This document shows, in pieces, positions 35,723 through 45,005 of a DNA stretch of 64,000 bases. Numbering within the stretch: the stretch's first letter is position 1; each line of letters starts with the position of its first letter. The notes beneath the pieces were generated by a model. It saw only the letters and a list, made by a program, of their open reading frames with translations. It ran no database searches and was not told the DNA's origin. The position numbers and the translations under genes are program-made. This stretch comes from a virus, in the IMG/VR virus record IMGVR_UViG_2788500025_000001, positions 36,163 to 100,162 of that record; one strand, 5' to 3'.

Positions 35723-37678
35723 ATGGGTCTTGCCGACATCGCCGCCGCAGTCGGGCGGCGGTCGTCCACCAGTGCGGTCGATGTGGTGGATGTCATCACC
35801 TTCATCGAGTCGGCGTGGGGGCTACACCTACGCCTGTACCCTGTTCAACGGATCATCCTCAAGGCCCACTACGGCATGGCGCTGGATGACAACCCGCTGG
35901 ACATCCCCCTGGACATCCCGATTGACCAGACACACCCCCAGTGGAACGACTCGTGGGCCGAGCACCTGGACGACGAGGGCTTCTACAAGTGGCGCATCGT
36001 GGTCACCGACTTCCGCCGCGAGAACGTCCAGTACACGACAGAGGCGGGCTACCTCCGCTTCCTCCACGACGAGGGCCGGTGCAACATCCGGGAAGTCGTC
36101 CCTGGCAAGCAGCGTCGGGAAATGGTCCTGTCTGTGGGGCGTCGTTCGGGCAAGACCCTCATAACGTCCTGCATCGTGGCTTATGAGAACTACAAACTGC
36201 TGCTGCTGGGCAATCCCCAGAAGCACTACGGGTCTTCTCAGTCCAACGTGATCCAGTTGATCTCGGTGGCAACCGACCGAGATCAGGCCGGGCTCCTGTA
36301 CCGGGAAGCCTCAGGCCACTTTACGAAGTGCGACTTCTTCAAACCCTACGCCGCCAACGCCACCCAATCCTTCGCGACGTTCCAGACCCCGTTCGACATC
36401 GAGCGGTACGGCTCCTACGCCGACAACCAGAAGGCCCGGTTCAGCATCAACGTGACCTTCCGGTCCTGTGTGGCGAAGGGGCTTCGCGGTGGTGCCAACA
36501 TCCTTGTGGCTCTGGACGAGGTTGCCCACTTCGGCGACAAGGGTCAGGCGTCTGCTGACGAGGTGTACCAGGCAGTCGAGCCGAGTACCCGTACCTTCAG
36601 CCCCAAAGACCCAAGAAACCCAACCCGCCCCATTGGGGAGAACGAGGGTCGGATCATCCTGATCTCATCGCCCCTGGGCAAGCAGGGGTTGTTTTTCAAG
36701 CAGTACCGACTGGGCTTCGGGAGCAACAAAGCAGCCGACAATCTGCTGTGCATCCAGGCTCCGACCTGGGAGGTCAACCCGACTGTTCCCGCCGAGACGT
36801 TCGTGGCGTCGTACCTCAAAGACCCCAACGTCTTCTTCACTGAGTTCGGGGCCGAGTTTTCCGACCGGACCCGTGGCTGGATCACCGACAAGGCCGACCT
36901 CATGGCTTGTGTGGACCCCAACCTGCGCCCGAAGCCTCGCGCCCCCTCCCGGATGCCGCACTTCATGGGCCTCGATGTCGCGTTGGTAGGCGACTACACT
37001 TCCGTTGCCATCGGCCACAACGACGCCAACGGCAACGTGGTCCTCGACTACATCGACAGGATCAAGGCGGGTGAAGGGGACTACGAGCACCTGGACCGGC
37101 TGGAGTTCGACGACGTGGCCGACTGGGTCTATGACCTCAGCCGCAGGTTTTACATCAGCGAGGGCATGTTCGACCAATGGTCCGGCATCCCCATGGAGCA
37201 GGCGTTGAAGAAGCGGGGTCTGTCTACGCTCAAGTCGGTCCACCACACCCGGAACCTGTCGAGCCAGATGTTCCAGAACTTCAAGAACCTGATGCTCGAC
37301 AAGAAGATGACCCTGTTCGACTGGCCCATCCCGGACGGGGACGACCACTCAGCCCACATCACGGAGTTGCTGGAACTCCAGGGTGAGTTCATCAGCAAGT
37401 ACATCATCAAGGTTGAGGCTCCTAAGATCGAAGGCAAACACGACGACCTCTCCGATGCGTTGATCCGCATGGTCTGGACCGCCACGAACAACTCAGCGAA
37501 GCGGGTGATCCTGTCAGGACACCGGGCAGGCGGGGCGCGTCCTTCTGTAGGGGGCGCGGGATCACGGTTCGGACGGGTCCCCACATCGCTCAAAGGGCGC
37601 ACTGGCTCCCACCCTTCCCGGCAGATTCCGAAGAAGGGTCGCGGTGGTGGTGGCGGTCGCGGTGGTGGGCGGCGGTAG
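35723..37678 (+). CDS. terL: Terminase large subunit
   Basis: GRRSGKT Walker A, VALDEVAH Walker B, LISS motif C, MGLDVA and KHDDLSDAL nuclease motifs. Confidence 0.92.
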   Translation: MGLADIAAAVGRRSSTSAVDVVDVITFIESAWGLHLRLYPVQRIILKAHYGMALDDNPLDIPLDIPIDQTHPQWNDSWAEHLDDEGFYKWRIVVTDFRRENVQYTTEAGYLRFLHDEGRCNIREVVPGKQRREMVLSVGRRSGKTLITSCIVAYENYKLLLLGNPQKHYGSSQSNVIQLISVATDRDQAGLLYREASGHFTKCDFFKPYAANATQSFATFQTPFDIERYGSYADNQKARFSINVTFRSCVAKGLRGGANILVALDEVAHFGDKGQASADEVYQAVEPSTRTFSPKDPRNPTRPIGENEGRIILISSPLGKQGLFFKQYRLGFGSNKAADNLLCIQAPTWEVNPTVPAETFVASYLKDPNVFFTEFGAEFSDRTRGWITDKADLMACVDPNLRPKPRAPSRMPHFMGLDVALVGDYTSVAIGHNDANGNVVLDYIDRIKAGEGDYEHLDRLEFDDVADWVYDLSRRFYISEGMFDQWSGIPMEQALKKRGLSTLKSVHHTRNLSSQMFQNFKNLMLDKKMTLFDWPIPDGDDHSAHITELLELQGEFISKYIIKVEAPKIEGKHDDLSDALIRMVWTATNNSAKRVILSGHRAGGARPSVGGAGSRFGRVPTSLKGRTGSHPSRQIPKKGRGGGGGRGGGRR

Positions 37679-37687
37679 CGTGCCTAT
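37673..37687 (+). promoter_or_regulatory. Late motif CGGTAG-N5-CTAT
   Basis: Exact match; its TAG is the TerL stop. Confidence 0.85.
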
Positions 37688-37712
37688 CCTTCCGGGCGGT
37701 TAGGAGACACAC

Positions 37713-38288
37713 ATGGCCACCTTCATTCAGAACTCAAACGAAGACGACGCTGGCGACGTCCAGTTGATGTTCCCCGGCGACCGTTTTCCGGTGATCGCCG
37801 GGCCTACCCTCCGTACCAACGGTTGGAGAGGAGGCATCTGGGTGCAATACGTCGCGGCCAATGATGACTTCACTGTGGAGATCAGCGACGGCAACGACTC
37901 ATGTGGGTTCATCTTGTTCCAGGCTGAGGATTACGACCTCAGCCCGCCCACGGGAACAGGGCCAGGGTCACCCCAGAACTTTTTGGCGGCTCAGTACCGC
38001 AACCCTGTAGGGGGGAACAACGTCGTCACCATGATCAACGGAGGCACCCGCGCCTACTTCCGCATGTTTGAGACTGTGGCACTCGACGCGCTGGGGAACA
38101 GGGCTGGCGGTGCGATCACCTACACCCTGAACGAAGACCTCAAAATCAGCGAGAATGGCCTCCTGTGCAACGACACGGATGTAAACCTGGCTGCGGCTGG
38201 AGTCACAACACCCATCGTCGTCGGTATTGTGTCGGCAGTGCCCTCGGCTGCCAACAGCAACCGGCTGTGCATCGACATGAAGTACTGA
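37713..38288 (+). CDS. Capsid decoration-like protein, paralog of ORF 57648
   Basis: GAITYTLNEDLKISENGLL versus GAVTYTTGDSLAASINGYL. Confidence 0.6.
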   Translation: MATFIQNSNEDDAGDVQLMFPGDRFPVIAGPTLRTNGWRGGIWVQYVAANDDFTVEISDGNDSCGFILFQAEDYDLSPPTGTGPGSPQNFLAAQYRNPVGGNNVVTMINGGTRAYFRMFETVALDALGNRAGGAITYTLNEDLKISENGLLCNDTDVNLAAAGVTTPIVVGIVSAVPSAANSNRLCIDMKY

Positions 38289-38295
38289 GGTTCCT

Positions 38296-38604
38296 TTGTC
38301 CCGTCTGCGTGCCACATTGTCTCCCACCGAGACAGACCGAGAGATTCAACTGGCCCTTGACCGAGCGGCCCGTGAGATTGAGTCTGCGTTGCGCGTGGTT
38401 GCGGCTTCACCGCTGGATAGGTATCGCAAGCGCGGGACGGTGGGCGATCTCCAGGGAGCATTGGACCAGGTCACGCGGGTTCGATACCTTGCCCCACCTC
38501 GTCGCGAGCAGGAGTCCTATGAGGACTGGAAGGCTCGACAGGACAAGCGGGATCAAGAGCGCCGTGAGCGCCGTGCGTTGAGGGAGCAGGCCGATGTCGG
38601 ATAA
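38296..38604 (+). CDS. Hypothetical protein
   Basis: Lies between the decoration-like gene and the portal; start uncertain. Confidence 0.55.
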   Translation: MSRLRATLSPTETDREIQLALDRAAREIESALRVVAASPLDRYRKRGTVGDLQGALDQVTRVRYLAPPRREQESYEDWKARQDKRDQERRERRALREQADVG

Positions 38605-40297
38605 GAACGAAGGCAAGCCCGTCAGCAAGGTCCGTAACGGTGACGGGAAGAAGAAGGCGAAGACAGGCAAGCCCCGTAAGATCACGTCCAGCAGTATGCG
38701 GGCGAAGACCGCCAACTTTGGGTCCATCGGCAACGGTGGGTCCTCGGAAGGCATCGGCGGAAACTTCTACTCACCGGAGTTGTCCACCGACTTCCTGGAG
38801 TTGCCTCAGAGCCTCCACGAACAGTGGAACTACTACCGATTCTTCTACCGCACCGAACCATTCGTCGGCCAGGCCATCGATCTCCACACCGAGTTGCCGA
38901 TCAGCAAGGTCCGCATCGGCATGGCGAAGGCGAAGAGCCGCGACCTTGCGGTCAAGGCGACTCGATTCTGCGAGCGTTGGGCGCAGCGCATCAACCTCCT
39001 CGACCGGCTGCTGTGCATCACCCACGAACGCAACCTGATTGGGGTGGTGAACATCTGGTGCGAGGACGCCAACGAGGAGATGCCCCGCGACGTCCGGGAA
39101 GAAGAGGTCCGCATCCTCAAGGAGGACGGCGAGGCCATTGAGGAATGGCAACTCCGTGGGGACGCCGACGAACGCGCCGTGGCATGGCTGAAGAAGAACT
39201 ACAAGGGCTGGACCAGCGTGCGTGTGCTTCCGCCCGAGCAGATCAAGATGCAGTCGTTCAACTTCACGGACGAGCGCATCTTTGAGTTGATCCCGGACAG
39301 CAAGACGAAGGCCATCATCGAGAAGTACCAGGCCGGGGACAAGGACGCGAAGCGCATCGTGGAGTCCATGCCTCCTGCTGTGGTCAAGGCGGTCGTCGAG
39401 GGGTCCAACATCCCGCTCAACACTGACCCCATGGCCGGGTCATACATCTACTGCCTGGTGAACCGGAAGTCCGACTACGACCCGGAGGGTCGCTCCATCC
39501 TGGGTCGGTGCATGAGGATCCTGGTGTACCGGGACAAGTTGCGCCAGGCGCAGACAAGCATCGCCTCCCGGCACATGACACCGATCCGCATCGTCTACGG
39601 GGAAGACCTCGACATCGCGGACGTGGAAGCCTTGCGCGAGCAGGTGGACATGGCGTTGCAGGACCCTGACTACAGCATCATCGCCAACTTCCAGGTCAAC
39701 TGGGACGAGATGGGGGCCGACCAGCGGCTCCTGGACCTAAATGGCGAGTACGACCTCACCGACCGTCAGTTGTACGCTGGCCTCGGGGTCACCGAAGGTC
39801 TGCTCTCGGGCGAGTCCTCCTACAGCGGAGACAGGATCAACCTGGAGGTCATCAACACCCGGTACATGCTGCTGCGCGAGCAGTTGCAGGACTTCGTGGA
39901 GAATCACTTGTTTGAGCCGATGTGCCGCCGGATGGGCTTCATCGAGGAAGACGAGGACGGCGAGGAACGGGTCATCGTGCCTACGCTGTCGTTCACTCGA
40001 CTGGCTCTGCGGGACAACCGAGACACCTTCGACGCCCTGTACAACCTGTACCAGAAGGGCAGCCTGGACGTGGACACCATCCTTGAACTGCTCAACCTCG
40101 ACCCTGTTGCGGTGCGGGAGCGCATCGAGCGTGATCTCTTCACGGTCAATGACCCCACGTTCAACGAGGTCCTTCGGGGCATCTACGGTGACACGGGCCG
40201 GGCGATTGCCGAGAACTCCGATGCAGCCGAGAAGATTGCGAAGGTCCTGGGCCTCAAGTTTGAGAAGCCTGCCGAAGAGGGAGGGGGCCGCTTCTGA
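38594..40297 (+). CDS. Portal protein
   Basis: 567 aa, follows TerL; FFYRTEPFVGQAIDLHTELP, GRSILGR, KLRQAQ..IASRHMTP patterns. Confidence 0.8.
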   Translation: MSDKNEGKPVSKVRNGDGKKKAKTGKPRKITSSSMRAKTANFGSIGNGGSSEGIGGNFYSPELSTDFLELPQSLHEQWNYYRFFYRTEPFVGQAIDLHTELPISKVRIGMAKAKSRDLAVKATRFCERWAQRINLLDRLLCITHERNLIGVVNIWCEDANEEMPRDVREEEVRILKEDGEAIEEWQLRGDADERAVAWLKKNYKGWTSVRVLPPEQIKMQSFNFTDERIFELIPDSKTKAIIEKYQAGDKDAKRIVESMPPAVVKAVVEGSNIPLNTDPMAGSYIYCLVNRKSDYDPEGRSILGRCMRILVYRDKLRQAQTSIASRHMTPIRIVYGEDLDIADVEALREQVDMALQDPDYSIIANFQVNWDEMGADQRLLDLNGEYDLTDRQLYAGLGVTEGLLSGESSYSGDRINLEVINTRYMLLREQLQDFVENHLFEPMCRRMGFIEEDEDGEERVIVPTLSFTRLALRDNRDTFDALYNLYQKGSLDVDTILELLNLDPVAVRERIERDLFTVNDPTFNEVLRGIYGDTGRAIAENSDAAEKIAKVLGLKFEKPAEEGGGRF

Positions 40298-40300
40298 TCT

Positions 40301-40315
40301 CGGTAGCGTGCCTAT
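40301..40315 (+). promoter_or_regulatory. Late motif CGGTAG-N5-CTAT
   Basis: Exact match. Confidence 0.85.
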
Positions 40316-40342
40316 CCCCCCGACCCCTCCAAGGAGACCCCC

Positions 40343-40780
40343 ATGTTCAAGACAAGCACACTTCGCCGCATCCTTGCCTCCGAGGGCCTGCTCAAGACAG
40401 CATACGCCAACACCCTGTCCTACAAGGTGCAGTTGGGAAGTGATGCCGCGAACTACGGTGCGATCACGCGAAGTGAGGACGACCTACCCAACTACCGCGA
40501 CACTGCCATGCAGGTCGAGCGTCTTCTGCGGAAGGCAGTCCGCAACATTGAGGACATCACCTTCGAGCCCCGGAAGGGGCACTTCCGGGTGTACTTGACG
40601 TTCGATTCTGGGGCCGACGAGGAGAAGTCCTTGTACAAGGCCGAGGCCGATCTGGAGAGGGCCTTCAAGGGGATCGGCAAGGGGCACGACCATCACCGCT
40701 ACTTCCTCTACGGGAGCATCGACGGCGATTACTCCGACTTCAAGATCGAGGACGGTGAAGTCGAGTCCTGGTCTGATTGA
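40343..40780 (+). CDS. Leader-A small protein
   Basis: TLRRILASEGLLKTA; AAGGAG RBS. Confidence 0.75.
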   Translation: MFKTSTLRRILASEGLLKTAYANTLSYKVQLGSDAANYGAITRSEDDLPNYRDTAMQVERLLRKAVRNIEDITFEPRKGHFRVYLTFDSGADEEKSLYKAEADLERAFKGIGKGHDHHRYFLYGSIDGDYSDFKIEDGEVESWSD

Positions 40781-40782
40781 CG

Positions 40783-40926
40783 TTAGGCGTGCGCCCGAGC
40801 CTTTGAGTGGGTGGGGTACACCCCGATCCATTCACCAGCACGGTTCCACACATGGAACCCGTCAAGCATCAGCCCGGTCGGTGAAGGCCACGTTCCGATC
40901 CAGATCAATGGGGTGGGGTACTGCAT
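40783..40926 (-). CDS. 47-aa ORF MQYPTPLIWIG...ARAHA (not in ORF track)
   Basis: AAGGAG RBS 7 nt upstream of ATG; fills the intergenic gap. Confidence 0.5.
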   Translation of the reverse strand: MQYPTPLIWIGTWPSPTGLMLDGFHVWNRAGEWIGVYPTHSKARAHA

Positions 40927-40975
40927 AGCGACATCTCCTTCACTACGACGCTTCCATAGACACAGTAGGGAGGGT

Positions 40976-40990
40976 CGGTAGTGACGCTAT
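40976..40990 (+). promoter_or_regulatory. Late motif CGGTAG-N5-CTAT
   Basis: Exact match. Confidence 0.85.
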
Positions 40991-41031
40991 ACCCCTGGGG
41001 GCTGTAGACACTCACCGGGAGAAATCAGCAC

Positions 41032-42594
41032 ATGGCCCAGCCTCCCTTCCTTGTAGACGAACTCCAGATCGAACCTGGCAGCGGTGACACCATCACTCTG
41101 TCGCGGGACTCGACAGACGGGGCGATGAAGTTCGTCGATGCCGTGCTCACCTCTGGCGTGCTGCTCCCTGACCTCGTTGGCCTACGGAATGTCACCGGGG
41201 TCTACGTCGTGGGTCGGGCTGGCGATGGCGCGGCCTACACGAGCATCCAGGATGCTCTCGACGCTGTGCCCGACTCGTCCAGCGCAGCGGCCCCCTCACT
41301 GATCATGATCCTGCCGGGCGTCTACACGGAGAACGTGACCATCCAGAAGGACGGCGCGTATCTCGTAGGTCTCGGTGGGGTCACACTCACCAACAACGGC
41401 GTGAGCGACACTGTCGAGATCAGCGCCGCCATCACCACGACCCCACAGGACGTCCTGCTCCGAGGGCTCAAGATCCAGAACACCTCTGGAGGACGGTCCT
41501 GCGTGAGGATCCTCGGTGCGGATTCGTTCGCTTCCGGGACGGTCACGGTGAACGCTGCCCCCCTGGCTACCGGGGACACCATCACCATCAACGGCACAGC
41601 CCTCACGGGAACCGCTGGGGTCAGGACATCCGGGAGCAACGACTTTTCGGTCAGCAGCATGACCTCGGACGGCATCGCTGCCGAGATTGTCGCGGCCATC
41701 AACGACACAGCCAACTCGTTCGCCACCCTGGTCGAAGCAGAAGCCGCGTTCAACGTGGTCACCCTCACCGCTGTCACAGCAGGGTCAGCAGGCAACGCCA
41801 TCACGCTCGTGTCTGCCACAACCCCACCTGGGGGCATGACGGCTCCCGTAAGCGGTCTGCTCGCGGGAGGTGGTTCAGCAGGATCACTCGTCGGGAATGG
41901 CGTCATCACCATTGACGACTGCGAACTTCTCGCTGCTGGAGCCGCTGGCTACCAGGTCCGGGCAGACACGTCGGGCCACATTCGGGTCCGAGGCGGCACC
42001 TGGCGCGGTGGCGACAACGCCAGCCTCTCCACAGCCTCCAACTGCGCTCTCTTCTCCGTGGCAGGGGTCGAGTGGGCCAACGACTTTGAGGTCGCTTACG
42101 ACACCACTCTCGACCGCCCAGCCGACACTACCTGCGAGTACGAGATCCTGAGCGTGGGTCGCATCAACGGAGTCCTGTCCAACCTCTCGGGTGCAGGATC
42201 ACTGGCCATCAAGAACTGCCCTGTGATGGCGACCATGAGCCAGGACGGCGACCAGGCGTTCAACGCCTACCTCTCCAACCTGGGAGCACTGACCCTCAAC
42301 GGCACGACCGCCGCTACGCTCTACGGCAGCACGCGGACTACCGCGACCCAGGCTGGCGGCAGCCCTACGCTGGCCGAGCCGCACATCCGAAGCGAGGTCG
42401 TGTTCACCGCCTCAACTTCCGAGACCATCACTTTCGACGTTCCAGGACCGGACGTCAACTACACGGTGCTGGTGGAGAACCCATCACCCACTGGCACCCT
42501 GGCGATTCGGAACAAGACAGCCACGGAGTTTCGCATTGAGGCCACCCCGGCTCTCACGGAAACCGTTGGCTACTCTATTGTCCGCAGCCTGTAG
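41032..42594 (+). CDS. Fiber/appendage-like structural protein with beta-helix-like segment
   Basis: YTSIQDALDA..ILPGVYTENVTI pectin-lyase-type start; C-terminal domain shared with ORF 14540. Confidence 0.65.
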   Translation: MAQPPFLVDELQIEPGSGDTITLSRDSTDGAMKFVDAVLTSGVLLPDLVGLRNVTGVYVVGRAGDGAAYTSIQDALDAVPDSSSAAAPSLIMILPGVYTENVTIQKDGAYLVGLGGVTLTNNGVSDTVEISAAITTTPQDVLLRGLKIQNTSGGRSCVRILGADSFASGTVTVNAAPLATGDTITINGTALTGTAGVRTSGSNDFSVSSMTSDGIAAEIVAAINDTANSFATLVEAEAAFNVVTLTAVTAGSAGNAITLVSATTPPGGMTAPVSGLLAGGGSAGSLVGNGVITIDDCELLAAGAAGYQVRADTSGHIRVRGGTWRGGDNASLSTASNCALFSVAGVEWANDFEVAYDTTLDRPADTTCEYEILSVGRINGVLSNLSGAGSLAIKNCPVMATMSQDGDQAFNAYLSNLGALTLNGTTAATLYGSTRTTATQAGGSPTLAEPHIRSEVVFTASTSETITFDVPGPDVNYTVLVENPSPTGTLAIRNKTATEFRIEATPALTETVGYSIVRSL

Positions 42595-42602
42595 GAGATC
42601 AC

Positions 42603-44042
42603 ATGAGCAACGACGACTTCTGGACCAGCCTCGCTACGAGCCACACCAACACGGTGCTGGCTGGAGCGATGGACTCTCACCTGTCAGGCAAGAGCATTGA
42701 CGAGTCGTTCGGCTCCGTTCGGACCCTGACCGACATTCACCGACAGGCCAACGCGCTCTCCCTCCCTGTGGAGGCTGGTACGAAGGTCGTGTTCGCTGGC
42801 GGCCTGGGTGCAGTCATGTCCTACGACGACGTGCCTGCTGATGGGATCACTGGCGAGGTCGTCACGGTCAAGTCTGCCACGGGTGAGATCACTCACCACG
42901 ATGGCAAGGTCTTCGTGAAGTGGGCAGACGGCAAGTTCCGTCCCACCCACGCCGAGCATCTGCGGCTCGCTTCTGGCAAGACCGCCAGCGGTGAGATGGC
43001 CGTCAAGCAGGTGGCCGGTAAGTTGCTCAACGACCGCACCGTCAAGAAGCACCTCAACTTTTCCAAGGACCTGGAAGGCGGGAAGGTCAAGAAGATCCGC
43101 CTGGATGATGGGATGCGTATGCTTGTCATCACCCTTGCCGATCAGTACCCCGGCATCAGTTTCTTCGTCGAGGGTAACAAAGGTGGCAGGAGGAACCAGA
43201 TCCTCGCGCAGAGCCGAGGGGGCATCCCTGCACATGGATCCATCAGCAAGGTCTTCTCGCCCATCATGAAGGCTGTGGAGGAATGGCTTGAAGAAGGCGA
43301 GACCGACCTGCTCAAGGCCGCTTCCGTGCCTCGCAAGAAGATGGAGAACGCCATCGCTGGGAAGATGCCACCTGACTCCAAGAGGGGTCGCGGTGCGAAC
43401 CGGGTGATCATGCTGACCGGAAACGCTGCCAAAGCCATTGGCAAAGACAACTATTCGACGCACAAGATGGCCGACCTGTCCGACGAGGACATCACCACCC
43501 TCTACAACCTCCTCGTGCTTCGCAAGCGGGCCTCTGACATCAAGGCGCAGTTTGAGAAGATCAAGGCCATGGCCGAGAAGCGCCCGGACAGCAAGTTCCT
43601 CAAGTCGCTCTTGAAGCAGATGGCCGACAAGGGCTTCGCCCCGACCGAGAAGCAGATGGCTGTGGTCAAGAAGATCGAGGAAGAGATCAAGCAGCAGTCC
43701 GAGATGAAGAAGGAGTTGAAGGGCCTCGACAAGGGCGCTGGCTTCGACGCGAGCACCATCGGTGAACGCAAGGGCAAGCCGGTCCAGATGGACGACGAAG
43801 ACAAGGACACCGTAGGCAACTTCGGCCAGGGTGAGCACCACGACATGACTGATGCAGCCCGAGGCAAGAAGGCAACCTTCCGGGTCGCCAGCCTCGGTGA
43901 TCTCAGTGAGTTCCTGAAGGTCGCCAACGGCGCTCTGGTTCACAAGAGCACGAAGGACCTGTGGTCCTACAGCAAGGACGCGGACGGCAACTTCCTGGTC
44001 TCCCGGCTGTTCGACGACGAGGGTGAGCCCCTGAAGGTGTGA
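42603..44042 (+). CDS. Mosaic late protein segmented by KxA sites
   Basis: GKTA, LKAA, RKRA and GKKA delimit apparent modules. Confidence 0.7.
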   Translation: MSNDDFWTSLATSHTNTVLAGAMDSHLSGKSIDESFGSVRTLTDIHRQANALSLPVEAGTKVVFAGGLGAVMSYDDVPADGITGEVVTVKSATGEITHHDGKVFVKWADGKFRPTHAEHLRLASGKTASGEMAVKQVAGKLLNDRTVKKHLNFSKDLEGGKVKKIRLDDGMRMLVITLADQYPGISFFVEGNKGGRRNQILAQSRGGIPAHGSISKVFSPIMKAVEEWLEEGETDLLKAASVPRKKMENAIAGKMPPDSKRGRGANRVIMLTGNAAKAIGKDNYSTHKMADLSDEDITTLYNLLVLRKRASDIKAQFEKIKAMAEKRPDSKFLKSLLKQMADKGFAPTEKQMAVVKKIEEEIKQQSEMKKELKGLDKGAGFDASTIGERKGKPVQMDDEDKDTVGNFGQGEHHDMTDAARGKKATFRVASLGDLSEFLKVANGALVHKSTKDLWSYSKDADGNFLVSRLFDDEGEPLKV

Positions 44043-44968
44043 CCTTGCTTGCTTCGTCCCCATCACCGCTACGGGTGGCTTCTCTTTTCTCCGACCAGCA
44101 CGAGTTGGCGAGTCGGGTTGCTGCCAGGCACCAGGTTCGGCGGGTGGCTCGCCAGGCCGCTTCGGATCTGGGTTTGGCTACGACAACGAAAACTGCCGCC
44201 GTTGACGGACATAGCCCCTGTCGTGGGATCACGGCTGAGGCATTGTCAGCGTTTGCCGAGGCTTTCTGGCTGCCACAACAGAGTGGGATCAGACGAGCCT
44301 CACTCAGGGGGCTGGCCAAGCGGCTCAAGCAACTCGGCCAGTTGTTCAAGAAGGCCCCCCGCCTCTGGGAGCAGTTCAAACGCCTGGTGGGTGTAGAGTC
44401 CATGACCGACCTTCCTCGACGGCTCAAGGATCTGGCCGCACAAGGGAAGAAGACCCTGGCCCGTTTTCTCGGTAAGGCGTTCAACACCTTCCCTCTCCAG
44501 ATCTTCACCATCAAGGGGGCCAACCTCAACGCTTTCCTCGGTCAACTGACCCAGCAGGTCCCAGGGCTCGACAAGGCCCTGGCTCGTGTCCGGGCGGGGG
44601 CCGACGTGCTGGGTGACTGGCTCAGGAAGCACGCACCCCGCTTGTCGAAGGTGCTGATCGTCGCCACGTTCATCTTCATCTGGATGAACGTGGTCGAGTT
44701 TGAGTGGAACCTCTCGGACCTGGCCGACGCCCTGGTGGGGAACATCGGTTTCGGTGATCTCCTGGCAAGCCTGCCGGGCAGCGCACTCGGATTCCTGATG
44801 AACGGTCTGGGTCTGGGCACCTTTACCTTGCTTCCCGCTGCTCTCGTTGCCCGTGTTGTGTGGTTGATGCACAAGGGCTACGTCGTTTGGGACGGTCGTT
44901 GGTTCGATCTGAACCGGACGGCCCTCCTGCGTGACGGCTACGAGGTGGCTCCTGCTGGGGTTCGGTAG
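44039..44968 (+). CDS. Hypothetical membrane-associated protein with RVA leader
   Basis: LRVASLF..SRVAARH..KTA, then C-terminal hydrophobic helices. Confidence 0.7.
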   Translation: MTLLASSPSPLRVASLFSDQHELASRVAARHQVRRVARQAASDLGLATTTKTAAVDGHSPCRGITAEALSAFAEAFWLPQQSGIRRASLRGLAKRLKQLGQLFKKAPRLWEQFKRLVGVESMTDLPRRLKDLAAQGKKTLARFLGKAFNTFPLQIFTIKGANLNAFLGQLTQQVPGLDKALARVRAGADVLGDWLRKHAPRLSKVLIVATFIFIWMNVVEFEWNLSDLADALVGNIGFGDLLASLPGSALGFLMNGLGLGTFTLLPAALVARVVWLMHKGYVVWDGRWFDLNRTALLRDGYEVAPAGVR

Positions 44969-44977
44969 ACCGCCTAT
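44963..44977 (+). promoter_or_regulatory. Late motif CGGTAG-N5-CTAT
   Basis: Exact match; its TAG is the stop of ORF 44039. Confidence 0.85.
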
Positions 44978-45005
44978 CGCCCCCCACCCCGTAGGAGAGA
45001 CATCC

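Noticed and set aside
17612-37678. Inteins or introns in the helicase or TerL
   Set aside because: Motif spacing is continuous; no C...HN splice-junction pattern noticed
40780-41030. Intergenic gap checked for tRNA
   Set aside because: No cloverleaf or TTCGA loop seen; explained by a micro-ORF and the motif
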